Shown: positions 9,632 through 18,082, counted from the first letter of the stretch. The stretch is 48,663 nucleotides of DNA from Synechococcales cyanobacterium OTE_70_concoct_197_sub (GCA_031375925.1 JANMIS010000669.1:1-48663); one strand, 5' to 3'. Notes: generated from the letters alone by a model not told the origin. Numbers and translations are program-made.

Positions 9632-9658
9632 CCCCTCCAGTCGGTGAACTCGGAGGGG
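9632..9658. terminator. Bidirectional rho-independent terminator
   Basis: CCCCTCC(AGT)-cggtga-(ACT)cGGAGGGG, flanked by an A7 run upstream and a T6 run downstream. Confidence 0.7.
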
Positions 9659-9736
9659 CTTATTTTTTAAGGATTTTCAGGGCGTAGGTGAGGTCCTCGA
9701 TCGAAGCGCCTGAGAGGTTAGCAACGATCGCGGCTA

Positions 9737-10399
9737 TCAGATCGCTGCGGTTTTCTGTGGTGATCGGCGTTCCTCTGCCATGGCCCAGACTTGGGCCGCT
9801 ATGTGGAGTGGGCATGGTTCGCCCTTCCTGAATTTCCCCCCCAGCTTTTCGACCCACCCCCGAAGTGTCGATTGGGGGATTGGCTTTTTTCCTGGGGCGT
9901 TAACTCCCGTTTCCAGCAGATCGTAGGTCATCTGTTGCGATTGCTCGATCGCCTTCAGCAATTTCTCAGCAGGGGAGAGCGATTTCTTATCCGAAGCCTC
10001 TGTAATCGCTTCCATCTCCACCATCCATCGATCGAATAACGGTTCAACTTGTTCAGCCGCGATCGCTTCACTGCCTAGCTCGGGGTCTACAAGTGCGCGA
10101 ACTTGACCTTCCCATAATGCCAACATCACGATCGAAGCCGCCTCGCGAGGGGTGAGGTAGTGGCGGCCATCAACGATCACTTTCAGATCCGTTCCTTTCC
10201 CTTTGATGATCGAACAGCCTGAGAGGAACTTCCATCGGGTGCGGTAGCGCATTGAAGGCATCCCCCCCCGAATCTTTGAGATTTCTTCCCACAAGTAGGG
10301 GCCATGAACGGTGAGGTTTCCTCCTTCCTTCTTGGATTTGTTATTGAGGTACTGGTTTAGCCGAATCATTTCAAGTGCCCTAGTGATCATTTCACTCAA
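9737..10399 (-). CDS. Putative DNA-binding regulator or replication-control protein (220 aa as tracked)
   Basis: Flanked on both sides by GTGAATGTTT sites and divergent from the early operon. The likely true start is ATG 10390. It contains a G8 run (10262-10269) and a G7 run (9836-9842). The -1 frame after the G7 run continues to 9660, next to the terminator. Confidence 0.55.
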   Translation of the reverse strand: MSEMITRALEMIRLNQYLNNKSKKEGGNLTVHGPYLWEEISKIRGGMPSMRYRTRWKFLSGCSIIKGKGTDLKVIVDGRHYLTPREAASIVMLALWEGQVRALVDPELGSEAIAAEQVEPLFDRWMVEMEAITEASDKKSLSPAEKLLKAIEQSQQMTYDLLETGVNAPGKKPIPQSTLRGWVEKLGGKFRKGEPCPLHIAAQVWAMAEERRSPQKTAAI

Positions 10400-10439
10400 T
10401 ATAAGCCCCTTTCAGCCAAAACACAATCAAAACATTCAC
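10398..10439 (-). promoter_or_regulatory. Candidate leftward promoter with an abutting GTGAATGTTTTGA site
   Basis: The minus strand reads GTGAATGTTTTGA|TTGTGT-17 nt-TATATT. The -10 box ends about 7 nt before ATG 10390, so the mRNA may be leaderless. Confidence 0.4.
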
Positions 10440-10504
10440 TAACTAGGATCGCACCCCCTATCCCCGAAGTGGATCAAGCCCTGAAAGCCTTGCAGAATAA
10501 GACT

Positions 10505-10568
10505 GTGAATGTTTCAACGTTCTTTTAGTGAATGTTTGATTGCGCTTTTAGTGAATGTTTGTTATATT
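10505..10568 (+). promoter_or_regulatory. Three direct GTGAATGTTT repeats at 23-bp spacing overlapping a candidate rightward promoter
   Basis: Sites at 10505, 10528 and 10551; CTTTTAGTGAATGTTTG is repeated exactly. Promoter elements are TTGCGC (10540) -17 nt- TATATT (10563), with a TGn extended -10. Confidence 0.55.
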
Positions 10569-10625
10569 GATTTTGTTGGGCAAGCGGCTCACAAAAAACA
10601 TCATTTAGGAAATCAGGAATTAACC

Positions 10626-11222
10626 ATGACGAACGAACAAATCGCAAAAGCACTGGATACAACGGTTGAGAGGGTCGCAACGGCGATCGAAGGGATGGGC
10701 GATATCAATGCATCCATGCTGCCAGCGATCAGCCAAAAGATTCACGGAGGCAAGATGGCTGTAGCGGCTCCGGCTGCGATCTCAACGACTGAGAAAAAGT
10801 CCGCAGCCACTCGGCGGACGGCCAAGATGAAGAAGGCCGATGAAGCGCTGGCACTGCGCCGGAATGCAGAGTCGGCAGTAGTAACGAAGCAGGTTGAAAC
10901 AGCGCAACAACCCCAACACCTCGAAGCCCTCGACGCAGGCGCTTCTGACGTTTCTCTCTCTGATGATGTCATCGCTGTTTTACAAGCTGAAATCTCTGCT
11001 GATGTCCAGTCGATCGCAGCTCTGATGGTCCCTGAACTTCGGGCACTGAAGACGATGACATCCGCTCAAAAGGTCGCCGATCGGCACTCTGCGGCAATGC
11101 AAGCGAAAGGATTGACCGTTGCGGCGATCGTTGCGGCTGCTGTCCCAAAAGGCACGGTAAGACGGACTCTAGACGATATTTTCGATGCTGAAATGGACGC
11201 ATTGATGGAACTCAGCTACTAA
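10626..11222 (+). CDS. Hypothetical early protein (198 aa)
   Basis: Start moved to ATG 10626 (MTNEQIAKAL...), because the track ORF N-terminus covers the repeat and promoter region. Confidence 0.65.
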   Translation: MTNEQIAKALDTTVERVATAIEGMGDINASMLPAISQKIHGGKMAVAAPAAISTTEKKSAATRRTAKMKKADEALALRRNAESAVVTKQVETAQQPQHLEALDAGASDVSLSDDVIAVLQAEISADVQSIAALMVPELRALKTMTSAQKVADRHSAAMQAKGLTVAAIVAAAVPKGTVRRTLDDIFDAEMDALMELSY

Positions 11223-11257
11223 AACTCAATCTTCAGCAAAAACGGAGCGATGTCGAA

Positions 11258-11455
11258 ATGAATTCTTTTATTTTTTGGGACTGTTCGGGGCATGAATCGG
11301 TCAAGCTCGGAGTTTATGAAATGGAGGGATTGGGGTACTGGTCAACGATCATAATCAACGATCGCGAGTGGGAAGCCTATGGCGGTGCATTCCGGTGTGA
11401 CACAGGCGAAGCCGATTACGAGGTCTTTGGGTATCCGGCTGGATGGAATGAATGA
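11258..11455 (+). CDS. Hypothetical protein (65 aa)
   Basis: Compact ORF in the early operon. Confidence 0.5.
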   Translation: MNSFIFWDCSGHESVKLGVYEMEGLGYWSTIIINDREWEAYGGAFRCDTGEADYEVFGYPAGWNE

Positions 11456-11475
11456 TTATAAGGGAGGCAGAGACC

Positions 11476-11850
11476 ATGAGACAAACACGCAAAGCGCCCC
11501 GATCGCTACCCCCAACACCCGATGATCTAACTGGCATCGCCACGATCGCCACTGCTAACCAAGCAACTTTAGACAAAGCTGTAACGGCTGTCATTGAGGG
11601 GTTTGTTAAAGAGGACGCGGCGATCGTCCAAGAAATCATGCAGGCGGCTAACCCGCTCGATCGGTTAGCTCGGATCGTCGGACAAGTCGCTAAGGCCACA
11701 CCTTCAGGAAGTGGAGCAGACGCATTGATTGAGGCCCTTGATGCCTTGAGGGAAGCGCTACGACCTGAAATGAAGCCTCTCCCGGCTGAGGCTCTTGAAC
11801 AGATCTGGGGTGGATTTCGCCCCGTAGATTTAGGGAAATGGACGGCTTGA
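11476..11850 (+). CDS. Hypothetical protein (124 aa)
   Basis: ATG 11476 is preceded by AGGGAGG. Confidence 0.6.
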   Translation: MRQTRKAPRSLPPTPDDLTGIATIATANQATLDKAVTAVIEGFVKEDAAIVQEIMQAANPLDRLARIVGQVAKATPSGSGADALIEALDALREALRPEMKPLPAEALEQIWGGFRPVDLGKWTA

Positions 11851-12419
11851 TTATGGGTATGAACGCGATTCTTTTAAGTGGTTGCTGTCTCGGCGCTGCG
11901 GTTGTGATTTCGGTCGTTAGCGGGATCGGCGGAGCGACGAAGGGTTTACAGCGGAACGCAAATGATTCGGCGGTTAAGATGGCGGCTACTCAGTCCGCTT
12001 CTGACCTCAAAGCTGAAAAGCTTGACCATGCCAAACAGTTGACCAATCTCATCAAAGACCCATCAACCGTGATTGTTGTAACGAAGCAGATTTCAGCAGC
12101 TTCGACAAAAGACCGATTGCAGACCATGCGATCGGTCTTTAAACCAGGGGCACGCATCACTATCGGCGGTGACATCGGTAAGACTGTTTCGGCTGGCACC
12201 TATGTGACCGACAATATCGGGGCGATCGGCATTGTCAATGGGCAAGGGCAGATTGAAAACCCCTTTAACCCGTTAGCAACGCATCTCCCGATGATGACCC
12301 CAGATCAGATCAGATCGTTCAGAAATTTTCAACAAAACGACCTCTACGCAACCCCACCAGAGGCGTTAGAGGTTCCGAGTCCAGAAACATTAGTAAATCC
12401 AAACCCAGCAGGACAGTAA
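11838..12419 (+). CDS. Membrane-anchored hypothetical protein
   Basis: N-terminal hydrophobic segment NAILLSGCCLGAAVVISVVSGIGG. An alternative start at ATG 11853 lies just after the upstream stop. Confidence 0.6.
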   Translation: MDGLIMGMNAILLSGCCLGAAVVISVVSGIGGATKGLQRNANDSAVKMAATQSASDLKAEKLDHAKQLTNLIKDPSTVIVVTKQISAASTKDRLQTMRSVFKPGARITIGGDIGKTVSAGTYVTDNIGAIGIVNGQGQIENPFNPLATHLPMMTPDQIRSFRNFQQNDLYATPPEALEVPSPETLVNPNPAGQ

Positions 12420-12421
12420 TC

Positions 12422-12604
12422 ATGGCATTTTCACAACTCCGCATTGGGCTTTTAGTAGCTCGTCACATTTTTGAAGGCGTTGAATTCTCGGAGATCGAAG
12501 TAGGTGGCAAGACGGTTGCCTACAGTGCGGTTTTCAAGGGGCACAAATACGAAGATGCTGCGATCGTTCACCTTTGCAAGAAGCTATGGAACGGCAACGC
12601 ATGA
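12422..12604 (+). CDS. Hypothetical protein (60 aa)
   Basis: Starts 3 nt after the previous stop; its stop overlaps the next ATG (ATGA). Confidence 0.5.
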   Translation: MAFSQLRIGLLVARHIFEGVEFSEIEVGGKTVAYSAVFKGHKYEDAAIVHLCKKLWNGNA

Positions 12605-13062
12605 ACTACAACGTTGTTGAGGACGAGGAAATCATTGCCACGATCGTGGGTTCTCAGTCGATCGAAGCTGACCTGGAACAAATCTACGACAACCTTGAAT
12701 ACTGTCCCGACACCTTCCGGGAATGGGTCGAAGCCATCACCTTAGAGCCTGTATGCGAGGCTTTGTCCATGGCTGAAGCTCTAAATGCAGAAGACGATGC
12801 CCCCACATGGGAGGAATGGTTGCAAGAGCGGTTCCCATTGCCTAGCGATCGGAATCTGACGATGGGCCGCATTAGTCATGAGCACTTTGGGTGTGGTGAC
12901 TGCAATCGGGTTCAGGCGCATTCTCCCGATTTTTGGCAACATCTCAGACAGAGAAACGACGAGAACTTATGGAGTGAAAACGGTCCACACCCCGACGACA
13001 TCACGGTTCTTGATTTCGTTGAGAAATGCACGGTCGAGTGGTATGACCCGTTTGTCAGATAA
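12601..13062 (+). CDS. Hypothetical acidic protein (153 aa)
   Basis: Start moved to ATG 12601 (MNYNVVEDEE...), which overlaps the upstream stop as ATGA. Confidence 0.6.
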   Translation: MNYNVVEDEEIIATIVGSQSIEADLEQIYDNLEYCPDTFREWVEAITLEPVCEALSMAEALNAEDDAPTWEEWLQERFPLPSDRNLTMGRISHEHFGCGDCNRVQAHSPDFWQHLRQRNDENLWSENGPHPDDITVLDFVEKCTVEWYDPFVR

Positions 13063-13069
13063 CACCCCG

Positions 13070-13094
13070 ATCGGTTTAGCGTGGTTCGACTCCA
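13070..13094 (+). other. tRNA 3'-end-like fragment (T-arm plus acceptor 3' strand), not a full tRNA
   Basis: CGTGG-TTCGACT-CCACG followed by CCGGGGC-C in an 85-bp intergenic gap. The T-loop fits G53 T54 T55 C56 R57 A58 ... C61. No matching 5' acceptor, D arm or anticodon arm lies upstream. Confidence 0.45.
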
Positions 13095-13147
13095 CGCCGG
13101 GGCCTGCTCCACTAGGAGCTTCTCAACTAACATCATTCGAGGAAATC

Positions 13148-13501
13148 ATGTCTCAATCTTTTTGTTTTCTGAACACAGATACCCGCGAAGTTTCTCAAGT
13201 TCCCTTCCCTTTTGATGTCAGCGATTCTGATGAGGTTTGGGCTTCTCAGAATCCAGAATGGGAAACATCCACTGCAAGAAATTTGCACCAAGCCCCGATT
13301 CGTCAATGGGAGACATTTTTTGATTATGCTCGATCGACGAATAATTGGGCAAATGAGTCGCTAATCCTTGCAGTCGGCGAATACACAAGCTTGCTGTATG
13401 ACTACGGATCGATCGGGCATCCTGAAGAGCCTAATGCGAGATTTGCTTCAGGACACGATGAGTACTCAGATTATGCCTGGGTTTGGGACTCGGAAGAATA
13501 A
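13148..13501 (+). CDS. Hypothetical protein (117 aa)
   Basis: Start moved to ATG 13148 (MSQSFCF...) after GAGGAAATC. The longer track ORF overlaps the previous gene. Confidence 0.6.
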   Translation: MSQSFCFLNTDTREVSQVPFPFDVSDSDEVWASQNPEWETSTARNLHQAPIRQWETFFDYARSTNNWANESLILAVGEYTSLLYDYGSIGHPEEPNARFASGHDEYSDYAWVWDSEE

Positions 13502-13543
13502 TCGATCGGGGGCGTCTACTTCTACAACAACAAAAGGAGAACC

Positions 13544-13741
13544 ATGGAACTACTGATAGAAGTCTCGATCGACGGTGACATTCTCGCATCGATCGCTGCG
13601 CCCTTCACCAATATTCAATCCGAACTAGAAGGACTTTGGGACACATTCGATGAAGAATACGGCCTCACCGACGCCTACGAAAACAGGCAGGAATGGGTCG
13701 CTCAACTTACGCTTTCACCCTATTACAAAGAGGCTCAATAA
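13544..13741 (+). CDS. Hypothetical protein (65 aa)
   Basis: TAATG overlap with the next gene. Confidence 0.5.
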   Translation: MELLIEVSIDGDILASIAAPFTNIQSELEGLWDTFDEEYGLTDAYENRQEWVAQLTLSPYYKEAQ

Positions 13742-15045
13742 TGGCAGTACAGATGAACAACGGGGCAGCACGCCCACAGCAACGATCGGCGCATCAACAA
13801 AGCCGATCGCAACCGCAGTCGGAACCCCAAGGAAACCCGAATCGTCCTCCACGGTCGGATGCCAATCCAGGGACAGAACGATCGGCACAGCGGCCCGCGC
13901 AATCGATCGGCGCTCCTAAAGTGCAGGGGAGACAAATTGCGGCATGGGGGAAGGTCGCTTTTGCCTCGACCTTTTGGTCGTTGCTTGCTGGAGGATTAAT
14001 CTTAGCCTTTTTGTATTTCACAGTCGTAAACTTGCTCCCCGCTTGGGTTTGGAACTTTAACGAGATGGCTAAACTCGTTACCCAGAATTTGGAACTTTAT
14101 CCAAGGACTGTGTTCTGGATTTTGGGATTTAGCACTGTGATGGCAACGATCGCATACACGGTGATTCAAGGGTATCAATCCGCTGGACAACTTAAAAAGC
14201 ACTTCGGGATTGTCCTTCCAAATCAATCTACTTTTGATGAGTTGAGAAACTTTTCGTATGCGGTCGAAGCATTTATCAACTTCACTTTTGTGTACGGCAA
14301 ATCAGTAGGCGGATGGACGGGAAATATGTTTGGAGACGGGGCGAAACTGCTAGGTTATATCCTCTCAAATCCCATCAAAGCAATCATTGACGCTCTGTGG
14401 ATTGCAATGGCAACCATGATGTCTGAATGGATGATTGGCCTTGCTTGTTTGGCGATCGTCGCCACACTCCAAGCCATCCGAGCCAACGCAGGTGTCGCGG
14501 CAAAACAATCCGCTGTCACTAGCGCCCGTCCTCAGCAATGGAGCGGCGATCGAGGGAGTCAACGCCCAGTCGATCGAACCGTCGATGTTGAACCCTCTAA
14601 ATCAGCCCAATCACAACCTGAGAGCAAAAAACAGCAGGAACGAGAGCAAAAGGCCGATCGCGCTCATGGGGAGTTTTGGCTTGATCAGAACAATGTCTGG
14701 AAGTACACGATCGTTAGCCCCGAAACCGGGAATCAGCGATCGAAGGTTATGGAGCATAAAGCCAAAATAACTTTCGATCAGACTGAATATGAGCTTGTTT
14801 ACAACAAAGACTTCCATCGCAACCCATTGGCTGTTGAGTGCAACGGAGGCCCAGAATACGGCTACATATGGATGCCAACAGCACAAGCCCCAGCAGCCCC
14901 AGCCAACGCCCCGCGCCCCCAACGTCGGACAGCAGCGGAACAACGATCGCCTCAAGCTGCGCCGGAACCAGTAGCGACTGCCCCCGCCCCCACCGCTAAT
15001 CCAGCGCCAGCGGCAACGGCTAGACCCCTACGCCGTCCACGCTAA
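13741..15045 (+). CDS. Multi-pass membrane protein with Q/P/R-rich disordered termini (434 aa)
   Basis: Start at ATG 13741 (MAVQMNNG...). Several hydrophobic helices in the centre, with Pro/Ala/Gln-rich low-complexity ends. Confidence 0.65.
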   Translation: MAVQMNNGAARPQQRSAHQQSRSQPQSEPQGNPNRPPRSDANPGTERSAQRPAQSIGAPKVQGRQIAAWGKVAFASTFWSLLAGGLILAFLYFTVVNLLPAWVWNFNEMAKLVTQNLELYPRTVFWILGFSTVMATIAYTVIQGYQSAGQLKKHFGIVLPNQSTFDELRNFSYAVEAFINFTFVYGKSVGGWTGNMFGDGAKLLGYILSNPIKAIIDALWIAMATMMSEWMIGLACLAIVATLQAIRANAGVAAKQSAVTSARPQQWSGDRGSQRPVDRTVDVEPSKSAQSQPESKKQQEREQKADRAHGEFWLDQNNVWKYTIVSPETGNQRSKVMEHKAKITFDQTEYELVYNKDFHRNPLAVECNGGPEYGYIWMPTAQAPAAPANAPRPQRRTAAEQRSPQAAPEPVATAPAPTANPAPAATARPLRRPR

Positions 15046-15049
15046 TCAA

Positions 15050-15088
15050 AAAATCCCCCGATCGCTTCATGCAGTTGCGACCGGGGGA
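15050..15088 (+). terminator. Stem-loop after the membrane-protein gene (weak terminator or attenuator)
   Basis: AATCCCCCG-21 nt-CGGGGGATT. No downstream T-run on the plus strand. Confidence 0.35.
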
Positions 15089-15114
15089 TTAAACATCATT
15101 CGAGAGATTCCATT

Positions 15115-15984
15115 ATGACACTAGCCAAACGCCCTCAGACACAATTAACCCGATTATCTGACCATGCACCTAAACAGGAATTCTTGACGGGTTTCGGGAC
15201 CACAGTAACAAAGGTTGTGGACATATCCGGTGGCGATCCGGTTCAAGTCACTTCGATCAACGTTTCGATCGTTCTCGGCATTGTTTTAGGCTGTGCCATG
15301 TCCCCGGCTGCGATCGTCACCGTGCCCCTCGCGTTGATTTCCGGGGCTGCGATTGTCGTCAACGATCTAATCGTGTGCAGCCAATATCAGGCATCGTTAG
15401 AAATCCCAGACGAATATCAATCACAGGATTTTTGGGAAGAGTTGCCCGAGTTTGTTCCGAACGCCTGCGCTGATTGTCAGCACTTTCAGTCGATGCGCGA
15501 TCGATCGCAACCCAATCTAGGCCACTGCTCAAAATGGGGCGATTCTGCGCAAGCTACGGAGGTCTGTGATGATTGGATGCAGTTTACAATCACGGTCCCT
15601 CACAAGACGATTTTGCCCGCGCCGAGGCCAGAAGAAAGCCAGATCGATACTCCGCCAGCCGCCAAGCCTACGATGGTCAGCAGAAAAGCGATCGAGGTTA
15701 GCGCTGAGGAGGAGTTGAAGATTGCACAGGTATGGAAGGCCAAACCCGCGATCGAGCCTTTATCCGCGAATAGTCAGTACATTCACAACAATCTGCAAAT
15801 TGTCTTGAAGTCTAGGCCGGAAGGGTTCTTCTGTTCTGCTGACGATGCTATAAAGGCTTCGGAGAATGGGTTAACCAGGGCTGAAGTGCTGGAATCTTTC
15901 AAGGAGCTAGAAAAGAAGCATCCTGACCAATACAGCTTCAATCGGTTTGGGAATGCCCGTCTGCAAATCCAGGGGGCGGTGTAA
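15115..15984 (+). CDS. Membrane-anchored protein with a 4-Cys motif (289 aa)
   Basis: TM segment VSIVLGIVLGCAMSPAAIVTVPLALISGAAIVV. The Cys pattern CADCQHF...GHCSKWG...EVCDDW may indicate a metal or FeS cluster; this is speculative. Confidence 0.6.
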   Translation: MTLAKRPQTQLTRLSDHAPKQEFLTGFGTTVTKVVDISGGDPVQVTSINVSIVLGIVLGCAMSPAAIVTVPLALISGAAIVVNDLIVCSQYQASLEIPDEYQSQDFWEELPEFVPNACADCQHFQSMRDRSQPNLGHCSKWGDSAQATEVCDDWMQFTITVPHKTILPAPRPEESQIDTPPAAKPTMVSRKAIEVSAEEELKIAQVWKAKPAIEPLSANSQYIHNNLQIVLKSRPEGFFCSADDAIKASENGLTRAEVLESFKELEKKHPDQYSFNRFGNARLQIQGAV

Positions 15985-17534
15985 TGTTCGTTCCTTATGA
16001 TTATCAAGAGCGTATTGTAGACAAAACGATCGCCATCCTCGACGAAGGCAGAAAGCCCCTTATTGTTTTGGGCACGGGCGGAGGGAAGACGGCGATCGCT
16101 GCAATGATTGCAAAATATTTGATAGCCCGTGGCGAGTACGTGGTGATCTCCGTCTTTCGTATCAACCTGATAATGCAATTTTATAATGATTTATTGTTGG
16201 TTGGAGTTCCAGACGACACGATCGGAATTATGCAGGGAGACAATTCTGACTCAGAGGGACATCTCGAACAATGTCAGGTTGTTATTGCAATGGCTCAAAC
16301 AATCCAGTCCGATCGATGGGCGGATTTTTTAAGCCGAAATACCTTTCATACATTTATTGGAGATGAGCGGCATCAAGGGGAGCTTGACGGGGCAGAAAGA
16401 ATAATCAATGCCCCCAAAAACGTTGGGATGACTGCAACGCCTTGGAAGGCCGATGGAGACGAATTTCTTCTAAATGACTTCGAGTGGATCGAGGAAATCA
16501 CCATGCAAGAACTTATCAATCGAGGGGCATTGCGTGATTACGACCACTATTTTTATCCAGAAAAAGTTGAGGAAAAAATATTCCTAGAGCCTGAGTATGT
16601 GTTTTCTGAATGGAAGCGAAACTTGCTTGGTATTCCTGCGATCGGGCTATGCAAGACGATCGACGATGCTCGCATGTATTCTGACTACTTCACGGCCCAA
16701 GGTTACCCATGTGACGTGATCTCTGACGAAACCCCAGAGGATGTTTTTATAGAGGCAAAGCGACAGATTAACAGCGGGGAAAGTCACGTTTTCTGGAGCG
16801 TCACCAAGATAGCGACAGGCTACAACGAAAAGAACATCAAAGGGTTCATGAGTTGCTGTAAGCGAACAAGTGTTTCTTTGTGGGTCCAAAGCATCGGACG
16901 AATCGTTCGATTAGTAGAGCCTGATCAGATAATTCCTCAACATCAGAGAGGGATTGTCCTCGACTTTTTCAACAATGGTAGACGGCTGCCAGACCCTCGG
17001 GATATAGTTTCATGGCGCGATATTCCCCAAGCATCCGGCAAAACCTGCCAAGAATGCGGGCTAAAAAACAGCACCAAACAGATCAACTGCAAGGGCTGTG
17101 GGCACTGCCTGATAAACGATCGGGAGAAGGACGAAATCAAGTCCCAAATCAGGAAGGAAGTAGACCTCACTGAATACGTGAGACTGAACAAACCAATGGT
17201 GAGGGCCGATCGCAGGGCTGCAACGCTCGATCGGGTTGGTGTTGCGAAAACTGCCCGAGAGATCGCATTTTGGAAGCTTCAATGCGATCCAGTATGGGCC
17301 GAAAAAGAGCAGAAAAAACACTTCCCGAACGAGGCCCCGATCGTCTCATCTCAAACACTGAAAGGCGCGGTGTTTCCCAGTGGTATGTCCCCAGAAGACT
17401 TGGCGGCGTACGTAGAGTATCTAAAGCAGTACGCTGAAAACAAGGCGGATCCCAACGCATGGATCGTCTCCCAAGTCCGTGCCGAGGGAGGGCAACAGGC
17501 GATCGATATGCTGAACATCGCATACGCAGCTTAG
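15984..17534 (+). CDS. SF2 DEAD/DExH-box helicase with a C-terminal zinc ribbon
   Basis: Motif I GTGGGKT, motif II IGDERH, motif III MTATPW, motif VI QSIGRIVR, and a CQECG...CKGCGHC ribbon. Confidence 0.85.
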   Translation: MFVPYDYQERIVDKTIAILDEGRKPLIVLGTGGGKTAIAAMIAKYLIARGEYVVISVFRINLIMQFYNDLLLVGVPDDTIGIMQGDNSDSEGHLEQCQVVIAMAQTIQSDRWADFLSRNTFHTFIGDERHQGELDGAERIINAPKNVGMTATPWKADGDEFLLNDFEWIEEITMQELINRGALRDYDHYFYPEKVEEKIFLEPEYVFSEWKRNLLGIPAIGLCKTIDDARMYSDYFTAQGYPCDVISDETPEDVFIEAKRQINSGESHVFWSVTKIATGYNEKNIKGFMSCCKRTSVSLWVQSIGRIVRLVEPDQIIPQHQRGIVLDFFNNGRRLPDPRDIVSWRDIPQASGKTCQECGLKNSTKQINCKGCGHCLINDREKDEIKSQIRKEVDLTEYVRLNKPMVRADRRAATLDRVGVAKTAREIAFWKLQCDPVWAEKEQKKHFPNEAPIVSSQTLKGAVFPSGMSPEDLAAYVEYLKQYAENKADPNAWIVSQVRAEGGQQAIDMLNIAYAA

Positions 17535-18034
17535 TCGGTGATTACGATCGTAGCCCCTGGCAACACCTGCGCCATATCTAGCAAATCTCCCTCGTTAGCC
17601 AGCAAACAACCTGCACCGATCGCACCCGGACGCAGGTTGTTTTTATGAATACCAAAGACCGTACCCTGAACCCCAGCAGCTTTAGCAGCTTTGTAGTTAG
17701 GGTTTGAACGATCCATCTGTACGATCGTCACCGCACGAAACGGGATGAAATATTGAGACTCGGGGATACGGAATTCTGCGCCCGATCGGGCATCACCCAA
17801 CCGAAACCGACCCTGAGGTGTGTGGATTGAGCCAATCACGGACCACGATCGATCGCGCCATGTCATTGTCTTGGCTGACAGCGATACTTTCACCGTGTCC
17901 AGTCTGTCGATTTCGGTGTCTGGATTAGTTGCGTTAAAGGCTTCGGCGGATGGAGAGAAGAGCCGATCGGGGGAACATGCAGCGCAACACATAGCGAGTC
18001 CGATCGCAATTACAACAGAAATATTTTTATTCAT
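17531..18034 (-). CDS. Lipoprotein with a YkuD-like L,D-transpeptidase catalytic motif
   Basis: Signal and lipobox-like N-terminus MNKNISVVIAIGLAMCCAAC. FGIHKNNLRPGAIGAGCLLANEGDLLDM fits the H-x(n)-G-C-[ILV] YkuD pattern. Its 3' end overlaps the helicase stop by 4 nt. Confidence 0.5.
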   Translation of the reverse strand: MNKNISVVIAIGLAMCCAACSPDRLFSPSAEAFNATNPDTEIDRLDTVKVSLSAKTMTWRDRSWSVIGSIHTPQGRFRLGDARSGAEFRIPESQYFIPFRAVTIVQMDRSNPNYKAAKAAGVQGTVFGIHKNNLRPGAIGAGCLLANEGDLLDMAQVLPGATIVITD

Positions 18035-18057
18035 GGGCTTGAGAATGCTATATTGAT

Positions 18058-18067
18058 TAGTATACTA
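18058..18067. promoter_or_regulatory. GTATAC-core palindrome TAGTATACTA upstream of a small RHH-like gene
   Basis: Perfect 10-bp palindrome 16 nt upstream of ATG 18083. The core is shared with 21115-21124 and 40511-40526. Confidence 0.45.
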
Positions 18068-18082
18068 GCTATAGATAAAGGG

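Noticed and set aside
10505-10560. Possible mini-CRISPR array (three repeats at 23-bp spacing)
   Set aside because: There are only three 10-17-bp units separated by about 6-13 bp, far below CRISPR repeat and spacer sizes. There are no cas genes, and the units overlap a promoter. I interpret them as operators or iterons.
13021-13094. Complete tRNA gene
   Set aside because: Only the T-arm and the 3' acceptor strand are present. The required 5' acceptor strand (GCCCCGG), D arm and anticodon stem cannot be formed from the upstream sequence.
12878-13147. N-terminal 90 codons of track ORF 12878..13501
   Set aside because: They overlap gene 12601..13062 in another frame and run through the tRNA-like intergenic element. 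An internal ATG at 13148 with a GAGGA-type RBS gives a compact, non-overlapping gene.
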